The position numbers and the translations under genes are program-made. Under the pieces are notes generated by a model. The model did not search any database, had not been told where the DNA came from, and was given only the letters and a program-made list of their open reading frames with translations. A DNA stretch of 19,442 nt from Acidobacteriota bacterium (GTDB taxonomy: Bacteria > Acidobacteriota > UBA6911 > JACQSX01), in assembly GCA_036507075.1 (NCBI GenBank), contig DASXQR010000019.1:1-19442 (forward strand), given 5' to 3'. This document shows positions 1-7,223 of this stretch, one piece after another. Each line of letters starts with the position of its first letter. The first letter of the stretch is position 1.

Positions 1-303
1 ACTACTCCAGCCTGTGTCGGCCCCATGGTCACTTTGGGTTGCTTTCTTGATCGTTATCAGACTGCTGCCCGATACCGGATCGTCAAACGTATAGCCGGAA
101 TAGTTGCCATCTGCAACGTAGTAGACATCTCCCCGCACCAGGACTGCCGGCAACTGCGTGTAGGCATTTGTCCAATCCGAACCGGTCTGGTTTCCAGTTG
201 CGCCTTCCCGAACATAACGACTTACACCAAAGGCGACGCTATTTGACGTCACCAAAAGCAGAAGTAGGAAGACACATGTGAAGGTAGGCTTATAGATTCG
301 CAT
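1..303 (-). CDS. Secreted protein, 5' part only (runs off the window edge); probable right-handed beta-helix/pectin-lyase-like N-terminus
   Basis: Hand translation from ATG (complement of 301-303) is open to base 1: MRIYKPTFTCVFLLLLLVTSNSVAFG-VSRYVREGATGNQTGSDWTNAYTQLPAVLVRGDVYYVADGNYSGY... It has a signal-peptide-like N-terminus, GAGAGG SD at 311-316, and a YV..GA.G...GSDW.NAY / GD.YYVA.G.Y pattern typical of beta-helix protein N-termini. Absent from the ORF track because it is truncated. Confidence 0.85.
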   Translation of the reverse strand, partial: MRIYKPTFTCVFLLLLLVTSNSVAFGVSRYVREGATGNQTGSDWTNAYTQLPAVLVRGDVYYVADGNYSGYTFDDPVSGSSLITIKKATQSDHGADTGWSS

Positions 304-381
304 ATTGGTACCTCTCAAGCTCTAAACGCAGAGGCAGGTGAATGGAGTTCGCCGCGTTTTTATTGACGCCCAGGGAGGAAT

Positions 382-403
382 GAGTGTCTTTTTTTTGACA
401 CTC
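382..403. promoter_or_regulatory. Perfect dyad GAGTGTC-T8-GACACTC, candidate transcription-factor/enhancer site
   Basis: 7-bp inverted repeat with an 8-T spacer, lying between the start of the 1-303 gene and the divergent sigma54 motif at 442. Confidence 0.4.
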
Positions 404-441
404 GCGTCTGTAAGTAGTTGGTGAATCCGCTCTGGGGCTAC

Positions 442-457
442 TGGCACAGAACGTGCT
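442..457 (+). promoter_or_regulatory. sigma54 -24/-12 promoter motif
   Basis: TGGCACAGAACGTGCT: GG(443-444)-N10-GC(455-456) with the TGGCAC consensus; -12 element is GTGCT rather than TTGCT. Confidence 0.55.
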
Positions 458-739
458 TGGATAATGTGATAGAAGGGGAGAGGGATGTGTGATCGTGCCG
501 CGATTGTGGCGGCCGATGCGAGGCATTCCGGCGACTTCAGAAATGGCCGCGACAAAACCTATTGAACTTCTAATGGTAAGACCGGGACCGGTCGCGGCGA
601 AGTTGGTAAATGCAGCCGGAATTTCGAGGGGGTCAGTAGCGTCTGCGACTGAACGTGAATCGGACTTAGAAATAGCAAAAAATCTTTGATAGAATCTCGT
701 GGCCATTGCAGTGCTCCTTTGCACAGGCTGCAGTGGTGC

Positions 740-778
740 GCTCCCCTCGGATGCAGCGGCATCCGAGGGGGCTTCCTT
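740..778 (+). terminator. GC-rich hairpin, possible intrinsic terminator
   Basis: Perfect 12-bp stem CCCCTCGGATGC(743-754)/GCATCCGAGGGG(759-770) with a 4-nt loop, followed by pyrimidine-rich TTCCTT (weak U-tract). Confidence 0.45.
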
Positions 779-1149
779 CGTCAATCCTAACTAAGTGTGA
801 TTAGCTGCGCCGAGCATAGACGCATCCCTGTCCAAATGAAGTGAGAGCGATTACAGCCCAGCGAAGCGCCGTGAGAGCAATGACTTGCCGGTGATTTTTG
901 TCGTAAAAAACCAGATTCTAAGCTTGCGAGGAGAACCGGGTTCGGCGCCTCAACAGTCAAAGGCGCGGCACCGACCCGACGCCTCACAGGGTATGCGTTG
1001 CGAGCTCAGCCAGACAAAATCGATTACCTAGGGCTGGATTATCAAGAATCTTCATCGCAAAGGCCACCAAAGAGCGCCAAGGATAGCGTTCTTCGCGTTT
1101 TAAGTTTTCTTGAGATTCGGGCTTAACGCTCCAAGGGTGTTCCACCTTG

Positions 1150-1164
1150 GAAACCTCAGGTTTC
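1150..1164. promoter_or_regulatory. Perfect dyad GAAACCT-C-AGGTTTC, candidate upstream activator site
   Basis: 7-1-7 palindrome about 120 bp upstream of the sigma54 motif at 1276, a typical enhancer distance. Confidence 0.3.
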
Positions 1165-1275
1165 GCGTCCACTATTTCCGCAATTACATAATGTAGGTAA
1201 GTGACTGGCAGCGTCTCAGATCGGCTCGTTCATATAAACCTTTTAGTTACAATTGATTACCGGCTCTCTCTCTGA

Positions 1276-1291
1276 TGGATTGATTCTTGCT
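1276..1291 (+). promoter_or_regulatory. sigma54 -24/-12 promoter motif for the LLM-A-ACP-acyltransferase operon
   Basis: TGGATTGATTCTTGCT: GG(1277-1278)-N10-GC(1289-1290) with a canonical TTGCT -12 element and an AT-rich tract upstream (about 1230-1260). Confidence 0.5.
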
Positions 1292-1311
1292 TGTCCAAGG
1301 TACCGGAGGTC

Positions 1312-1602
1312 ATGAATTCGAACTTAGGCGGCGGATTGGTATCAGCCCGTCCCTATCGTGGCGGAGCATTATCATGCTTTAACGGCAATTCATCCGGATT
1401 TCAGTTGCGACGCTGTGCCTTGGGGTTTTCCCACGAAGTGTCGAGTGCCGATGACATCAAGCACATTGCAGACGCCAGTCCTGCAAAACGAGGATGCATT
1501 TTGACCGGAATTGGACGGCAGACTGTGCCTTCCCGAGTTTCTTCATGGTCCTCAAATTCAAAATTGTTTGAAAGCCTGTTGAGAACAGACCATGGAGTAT
1601 AA
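1312..1602 (+). CDS. Possible 96-aa Ser/Gly-rich hypothetical leader ORF
   Basis: ATG 1312 follows GGAGGT (spacing unusually short) just after the predicted sigma54 start; its stop overlaps the LLM start by 11 nt. No recognisable domain. Confidence 0.25.
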   Translation: MNSNLGGGLVSARPYRGGALSCFNGNSSGFQLRRCALGFSHEVSSADDIKHIADASPAKRGCILTGIGRQTVPSRVSSWSSNSKLFESLLRTDHGV

Positions 1603-2641
1603 GAAATATGATCCGCCGGTGGATGTATTTTCCACAGCGCCACAATCGGCCGACGCGACGCCGGAAGCTTACATTCAGAAAGTGGTCAATGTTGCCCGGT
1701 GGAGCGAAGAGGCCGGGTGCAAGGGAATCCTTATCTACACGGATAATCGACTGGTAGATCCCTGGCTCGTTGCGCAGATAGTAATTCAGAGCACGCAGAG
1801 TTTGCGCCCGCTCGTCGCGATCCAGCCGATCTATATGCATCCGTATTCGGTAGCGAAAATGGTTTCCTCTTTGGCGTTCATGTATGAAAGGCAGATTTAC
1901 CTCAATATGGTGGCAGGGGGGTTTTGCAATGACCTGCTCGCATTATGTGATGAGACACCTCACGATATGCGGTATGAGCGGCTGCGCGAATATACCACGA
2001 TCATCAAAGAACTCCTGTCTAACAGATCGGCCGTAACATTTTCGGGAAAGTTCTATCGGGTTGAAAATTTGCATTTGAAACCCGCGCTTCCGCCTCATTT
2101 ACTCCCGGGGATTTTCATTTCAGGGTCCTCCGAGGCTGGGATGGCGACGGCACGAGCTTTAGGCGCGACAGCTATCGAGTATCCCAGATCGGGAGAGGAA
2201 TACGCTGCTAGGGAAGCCGGCGATCATACCAATTCTGGCATCCGGATAGGCATCATCGCTGCTGAAGATGAAACCACCGCGTGGCAACTGGCGCATGAGC
2301 GATTCCCGCCGGACCGAAAAGGTCAGATCACTCATATGATGGCGATGAAGGCCTCGGATTCACTCTGGCACAAGCAATTGTCCGAACTGGATCAGGAAAT
2401 CCAGGGGCAAGAGACTTGTTACTGGCTCTGGCCTTTCAAGAACTACAAGACGTTCTGTCCGTATCTAGTAGGCAGTTACAAGAAGGTCTCTGAGGAACTT
2501 GCAAAATACATCAAGGCCGGATTCAAGAACTTCATCCTCGACATCCCGGCAGAAAAGCGGGACCTGCAAACCGCTGGGATAGTCTTTACAAAGGCTGTAG
2601 AGGAATCAAGTCAATGGCAATCCTATTGCAGGACTTCGTGA
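1592..2641 (+). CDS. LLM-class (luciferase-like) flavin-dependent monooxygenase, SsuD-like fold
   Basis: 349 aa; SEEAGCKGIL...DPWLVA, LVAIQPIYMHPYSVAKMVSSL, LNMVAG, RYERLREY, FSGKFYRV, IFISGSSEAG and LVGSY motifs fit the bacterial luciferase-like family. An in-frame TGA at 1580-1582 fixes the start. Confidence 0.9.
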   Translation: MEYKKYDPPVDVFSTAPQSADATPEAYIQKVVNVARWSEEAGCKGILIYTDNRLVDPWLVAQIVIQSTQSLRPLVAIQPIYMHPYSVAKMVSSLAFMYERQIYLNMVAGGFCNDLLALCDETPHDMRYERLREYTTIIKELLSNRSAVTFSGKFYRVENLHLKPALPPHLLPGIFISGSSEAGMATARALGATAIEYPRSGEEYAAREAGDHTNSGIRIGIIAAEDETTAWQLAHERFPPDRKGQITHMMAMKASDSLWHKQLSELDQEIQGQETCYWLWPFKNYKTFCPYLVGSYKKVSEELAKYIKAGFKNFILDIPAEKRDLQTAGIVFTKAVEESSQWQSYCRTS

Positions 2642-4257
2642 CTGAACAGGCAAAAACTCGCCCTGAGTCAGTCGCTCTGGTTTTTGAAGAAAAAGCCGTC
2701 ACTTACGGAGAACTGGAAAAGAAGAGCAATCAGTTGGCCTGGCTTCTCAGGGATATGGGATGCGCGAAAGGAGACCGAGTGGTCTTGTTAATGCCCAAAT
2801 CCACAGAAGCGATTCTCAGCATGATTGGAATATTGAAAGCAGGCTGCATTTACGTGCCGATCGATCCGTCTAGCCCTGCTGCCAGGATAGGAAAAGTCCT
2901 GGATTCATGCCAGCCAGCATCTATCTTAACCACGGGGTCTTTGGCTGAGGTTCTCACCCCTATTCCTTCCCCCGATCGCGAAAAGTTGACGATCATAAGC
3001 TGGTTGAGAGAAGGAGAATTAAGTCAGAACGGAATAAAACATGATGTCACGAGGCATGACCTTGACGCGTACAGCGAGGAAAGCCCAAACGTCCGCGTTA
3101 GACCTGATGAGCCTGCACACATTCTGTTTACCTCCGGATCCACGGGCAGTCCTAAAGGTGTGATTATTTCACATGCCAGCGTGCTCCATTTCGTCCAGTG
3201 GGCGAATACGTATTTCACCTCATCCTCTGAGGACAGGAACTCAGGGCATTCACCGTTGTTCTTCGATCTTTCCACTTATGACATTTACGGAACCTTTGCG
3301 TCTGGAGCCAGCCTTTATCCGGTCCGGCCGGAATTGAACCTGCTGCCCCATAAGCTAGCCGAGTTTATCCGAGACCACGAATTGACGAAGTGGTTTTCCG
3401 TGCCCTCCGTTCTCAACTACATGGCTAAGTTCGACGTGGTGAAGGCCAATGACTTCCCCTCGCTAAGACGCATCCTCTGGTGCGGGGAGGCATTTCCAAC
3501 GCCATCTCTCCGGTACTGGATGCAAAAGCTTCCCAGGGTCACCTTCACGAATCTTTATGGGCCAACGGAGACTACGATTGCGAGCAGCTATTACACCGTA
3601 CCCGTCTGTCCTCCACACGACAAGGTTGAAATTCCCATCGGACGTCCGTGTCCCGATGAGGAATTGTTCGTTCTCGACGAAAAGATGTGTTCAGTTGCTC
3701 CTGGAGAGACCGGAGACCTCTACATTTGTGGCGTCGGGCTCAGCACAGGGTATTGGAAGAATCCGGACACAACCGCCAAGGTTTTCTTGAAGAATCCTCT
3801 CAAACCGGAAGCCAACGATATGATCTACAAAACAGGGGATCTAGCGAAAGTCGATGAAGAGGGGCTGATTTATTATGTGGGTCGCTGTGATGCCCAGATA
3901 AAGAGCAGGGGATATCGAATCGAGCTCGGAGAAATTGAAGCCGGATTGCACTCATTCGAGGAATTGCGGGAATCCGCCGTTGTTGCAATTCCCACCGGCG
4001 GGTTCGAGAGTCATCAAATTTGTTGCGCCTACGTTGCACAGGAGGGGAAAGAAGTCACTCCGCTTTTCCTTCGGAAACGGCTATCGACGCTTCTTCCTCC
4101 ATATATGATTCCAAGTCGATTTCGAGAGTTTAGTCAGCTCCCCAGAACTGCAAACGGAAAGATTGATTGCCGTTTCCTAAGGGAAGAATTTGCACACAAT
4201 GAGACTGAAACCAGACACCGGGGATACAGAGGAAGTCTCTCAGCGGATGTTCGATAA
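2614..4257 (+). CDS. Stand-alone amino-acid adenylation enzyme (DltA-like / NRPS A domain)
   Basis: 547 aa; core motifs TYGELEKKSNQLA (A1), HILFTSGSTGSPKG (A3), FDLS (A4), NLYGPTE (A5), YKTGDL (A7), GR.DAQIKSRGYRIELGEIE (A8), LPPYMIP (A9), PRTANGK (A10). No condensation or PCP domain is fused. Confidence 0.93.
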   Translation: MAILLQDFVTEQAKTRPESVALVFEEKAVTYGELEKKSNQLAWLLRDMGCAKGDRVVLLMPKSTEAILSMIGILKAGCIYVPIDPSSPAARIGKVLDSCQPASILTTGSLAEVLTPIPSPDREKLTIISWLREGELSQNGIKHDVTRHDLDAYSEESPNVRVRPDEPAHILFTSGSTGSPKGVIISHASVLHFVQWANTYFTSSSEDRNSGHSPLFFDLSTYDIYGTFASGASLYPVRPELNLLPHKLAEFIRDHELTKWFSVPSVLNYMAKFDVVKANDFPSLRRILWCGEAFPTPSLRYWMQKLPRVTFTNLYGPTETTIASSYYTVPVCPPHDKVEIPIGRPCPDEELFVLDEKMCSVAPGETGDLYICGVGLSTGYWKNPDTTAKVFLKNPLKPEANDMIYKTGDLAKVDEEGLIYYVGRCDAQIKSRGYRIELGEIEAGLHSFEELRESAVVAIPTGGFESHQICCAYVAQEGKEVTPLFLRKRLSTLLPPYMIPSRFREFSQLPRTANGKIDCRFLREEFAHNETETRHRGYRGSLSADVR

Positions 4258-4531
4258 TGGCATCCAGCAGCAGGTTCAGCGCATTCTCGTCGAACAACTA
4301 AACCTGCATCTTCCTTCTCCCGATACCGACCTGATAGGGTCCGGCTTTCTGGATTCCTTGGGCTTTGTCGAGTTGCTCTTGCAATTGGAACAGAGATTCG
4401 GCATTCAGATTAGGATCGAAGCGCTTGAGCTTGATGATCTGAAATCAGTTGCCAAGATCGCAGAATTTGTGGCGAAAAGAGAGAAGGGGCGAAGTCTACC
4501 AACCGGCGAGACGGCGTATCGAGTGAAATGA
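4247..4531 (+). CDS. Acyl/aminoacyl carrier protein (DltC-like, phosphopantetheine-binding)
   Basis: DTDLIGSGFLDSLGFVELLLQLEQRFGI with the attachment Ser at codon 4355-4357. Start placed at ATG 4247 (AGAGGA upstream, overlaps the A-domain stop); ATG 4199 is an alternative. Confidence 0.88.
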   Translation: MFDNGIQQQVQRILVEQLNLHLPSPDTDLIGSGFLDSLGFVELLLQLEQRFGIQIRIEALELDDLKSVAKIAEFVAKREKGRSLPTGETAYRVK

Positions 4532-5079
4532 ACATTGTAAGTTCTTTTTCAGGGGTTTTTAAGAGATTCCTGGGCAAATTGGCTTATATAGCGCCAGGAG
4601 GAAGTAGCCTAAGACCATGGCTTCATCGAATGCGAGGAGCCAAGATCGGGAAGAACGTTTGGATTGGCCAGTTCGTTTACATAGATGAATCTCATCCTGA
4701 GGCGATTTCAATTGGTGAAAACTGTTCAATTGGGCTTAGAACTTCTATCCTCACCCATTTTTACCGCGGACCCAGAAAATCAAAAAGCAATCATGCAGTG
4801 GTAATCGAGAAGGACGTCTTTATAGGCCCGCATTGCTTAATTCTCCCGAATGTGAGGATTGAGGAGGGCGCAGTTATCAAGGCAGGGACGGTAGTGACGT
4901 GGAACGTACCCGCACATGCATTTTGGGGTTTCCCACATGCTGGCATTTTGGGTGAAGCTACAATCCCCCTAACTCCTCAGTATTCCTACGAAGACTTTAT
5001 CCGCGGACTTAGACCTGTCGGCAAAAAGGATGCCATTGAGCGGAGACGGCATTCACCTCAGCGTCGGACTTCAACGTAA
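4528..5079 (+). CDS. Left-handed beta-helix (hexapeptide-repeat) acyltransferase
   Basis: GAKIGKNVWIG, ISIGENCSIG, ILTH, VVIEKDVFIGPHCLILPNVRIEEGAVIKAGTVV hexapeptide repeats; ATGA start/stop overlap with the carrier protein gene. Confidence 0.88.
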   Translation: MNIVSSFSGVFKRFLGKLAYIAPGGSSLRPWLHRMRGAKIGKNVWIGQFVYIDESHPEAISIGENCSIGLRTSILTHFYRGPRKSKSNHAVVIEKDVFIGPHCLILPNVRIEEGAVIKAGTVVTWNVPAHAFWGFPHAGILGEATIPLTPQYSYEDFIRGLRPVGKKDAIERRRHSPQRRTST

Positions 5080-5285
5080 GAATCGGCCTACTCGAATTCA
5101 TTTACGAATCGAAAGTACTACTTAGTTGCCGTAAACTCATGTACGAATTTTTGCCACTGCACTAGGCGCAGATTACACGCATAATCGGCTACCGCTTTAA
5201 GCGGGCGGTTCAGAAGCTTGATTAGTGAAAGCAGCAGAGATAAAGTTTGGTTAGAATGAGGATCCATCGAATGGTGCCGTAGCAG

Positions 5286-5385
5286 CGTTCAGGTGGCAAG
5301 TTTGCGGCGGCAAGAGCTACCAGTTTCTTTTTCGCTAATGTTTAACTGGGCAACTCCTGCTCCCGGAAACTTGCCTCCTTGAACG
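5286..5385. repeat. Long imperfect inverted repeat (REP-like) between convergent genes
   Basis: CGTTCAGGTGGCAAGTTT (5286-5303) pairs with AAACTTGCCTCCTTGAACG (5367-5385); inner GCAAGAGCTACCAGTT pairs imperfectly with AACTGGGCAACTCCTGC. Confidence 0.55.
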
Positions 5386-5414
5386 TAACCCATGCTCACA
5401 TCCGTCGACGCGGG

Positions 5415-6878
5415 CTAAATTATCGGTCTGAACCTCCCGCTTGACCTTATATACGCACTCCAGTGCGGAATTTTTTCCGCAAGGGCTGGAGGAGCGGTGC
5501 CGGCATTGACAGTGTCCTTCTTGCTGTCTGTCGGGCAGCCTGGCTGATCACATGGCTTGTGAAGCTGAATGTTGCCGCCGTCATTATCGTCGTCAGTGGG
5601 ATCCAGATCGCCGCATTCCGGCTCGCCGGCAGGACAGATTTTGCTGGGTTTCAAGTTGTCGGCAAAGTAAACAACATCCCCTTGGCAAGAGCCAGGCGTG
5701 ACGTTTTTAACCAGTACCTGGATGCGGTCGTCCCGGCCAGGTTCACCGTAGTCACAAACCACCGCCCTGTAGCGAAACTGCGTCGGCGCTACACAGCCTT
5801 TTGACGCAGCAATCTGGGCAGCTAATTGCGCAGCACCTCCTGTGAGCTCGGCATTGCCTTCGAACAACCGACAGTGGCAGGGATCTGACGCAACTGCGTT
5901 GTAAACATCAACGTCGACCCCCTTAATGTGGGTCTGGTCATTGTGATCGACCAGATTAAAGTGTCCCTTAATCTCCGTATTGTTCTCACTCCTTGCACCG
6001 GCATTAAAGCCCCAGCTGACTCGCCCGGCCGGACACTCGAGTGGCGGTCCCGGAGGCGCGGGGCATCGCGGTTGAAAATGACCGCCGCCGGTGACAAAAT
6101 CGAAGCACGGTCCCGGTGCTTGGTCCCACACAAATTGCAGAAATGGCACGCCGAGCGATCTGCCCGCCACCCATTTAAGCGCCGCCATCGTCAGGTTGGC
6201 GTCAAGGGAGTTCTTGTACACAGTCTTGTAGCTGACCGGAAGTATCGTGGTTCCCGAACTGACCGAGCTTCCGACACTCGCCAGGATAACCTCACCGCCA
6301 GTCGCGAGGGTGAGGTGAAGGGCATTCACCGTGATTCCCTGGGAACCAGCGCCAGATGCGGACTGCTCATTGATAATGAGAGTTGCTACGCCAGGGATGC
6401 TGACCGTCTGGTTGGGAAGGCCGGTTACTGCGATGGGAATGCCCCCAAAAGTGAGACTGTCGATTTCAGTGGAGCCCCCTGAACCAAGTTCGGTAGCTCT
6501 GGCCTGGGCTCGCACGAACGAAACAGTGAGTTCTGCGGCCTGTCCGGCAAGAACAACGACGCCGGCCAAAGAACTGGAGCTGTTTACCAGACCGGTACCT
6601 GCGCTGGTAGCGCTGTTGGGCACGTTAGCGCTCAAGACTCCGGGAACTCCTGCGGTCACGTTCCCCGCAGCTTCCCATCCCCCGGTTGAAGGTAGCTGAC
6701 CTGTATCTGTAAGGTACAAGGGACCAGCACCCAGTGACGGGACGTTCACGTAGGCGCCAAAGGCGCGGCCCGTATAGGTACCAGCCTCAGCTACAGAAAA
6801 ACAGGCCGCCACAAGGGCAAGGCCGAGGCAGACGGAAAAACTACATTTTAGAAAGTGTTGCTGGCTCTTTTTTTTCAT
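5415..6878 (-). CDS. Secreted choice-of-anchor P-like protein with a C-terminal post-COAP-1-like Cys-rich domain
   Basis: 487 aa; signal peptide ending AEA; Gly/Ser/Ala/Val-rich beta domain with LPNQTVSIPGVATLIINEQ...ITVNALHL; C-terminal domain with FVTGGG, WGFNA, KGHFNLVDH, DYGEPGRDD and GGNIQLH. GGGAGG SD. Family name is from motif recollection, not a search. Confidence 0.8.
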   Translation of the reverse strand: MKKKSQQHFLKCSFSVCLGLALVAACFSVAEAGTYTGRAFGAYVNVPSLGAGPLYLTDTGQLPSTGGWEAAGNVTAGVPGVLSANVPNSATSAGTGLVNSSSSLAGVVVLAGQAAELTVSFVRAQARATELGSGGSTEIDSLTFGGIPIAVTGLPNQTVSIPGVATLIINEQSASGAGSQGITVNALHLTLATGGEVILASVGSSVSSGTTILPVSYKTVYKNSLDANLTMAALKWVAGRSLGVPFLQFVWDQAPGPCFDFVTGGGHFQPRCPAPPGPPLECPAGRVSWGFNAGARSENNTEIKGHFNLVDHNDQTHIKGVDVDVYNAVASDPCHCRLFEGNAELTGGAAQLAAQIAASKGCVAPTQFRYRAVVCDYGEPGRDDRIQVLVKNVTPGSCQGDVVYFADNLKPSKICPAGEPECGDLDPTDDDNDGGNIQLHKPCDQPGCPTDSKKDTVNAGTAPPALAEKIPHWSAYIRSSGRFRPII

Positions 6879-7014
6879 CGTGATTTAACCTCCCAGGTTA
6901 ATGTTTTGGCAACCGCGTTGGCGATTCCTTCAGCCCATCCTTCCCTGGGTGTCCGATAGGAATCGCTTCCCTATAATTGCTCTGCCGTATAATCGCTCTG
7001 CCATGAGGGGAGTA

Positions 7015-7030
7015 GGCAAGAGATGTGCCA
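7015..7030 (-). promoter_or_regulatory. sigma54 -24/-12 promoter for the secreted protein gene
   Basis: Minus strand reads TGGCACATCTCTTGCC, a near-perfect TGGCAC-N5-TTGC, about 140 bp upstream of the ATG at 6878. Confidence 0.8.
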
Positions 7031-7223
7031 AAAGGGTGGGGTGTGGCGTCATACAATCAAGTTTAAGCTTTAGAACAAGTTATGAGACTGTGCTGAGGGT
7101 AGTCCGGTGGGAAAGCGGTGCATGGATCTTCCAGTTATAGGAAGCAACCTCCACAGGTAATAGTTATTTGTTCAATGAGAAACGGGATCTACAAGCAGCC
7201 GTCCGTTGAAGGCGGAGGAGGCA

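Noticed and set aside
25..246. 73-aa + strand ORF
   Set aside because: Antisense shadow of the minus-strand secreted protein gene (1-303), which has an SD, signal peptide and motifs.
290..784. 164-aa minus ORF and other short ORFs in 322-1172
   Set aside because: No motifs or clear SD; they run across hairpins and a promoter motif, and the 164-aa ORF overlaps the real start at 303.
1105..1190. Possible c-di-GMP-I riboswitch on the minus strand (GGACGCGAAACC resembles GACGCAAAGCC)
   Set aside because: The upstream GGCAAA-stem-GAAA tetraloop arm is missing and there is no nearby downstream gene; only an Infernal hit would revive it.
2614..4531. Calling these genes dltA/dltC
   Set aside because: No dltB/dltD in the window, pocket residues differ from DltA, and the partners are an LLM and an LbH enzyme.
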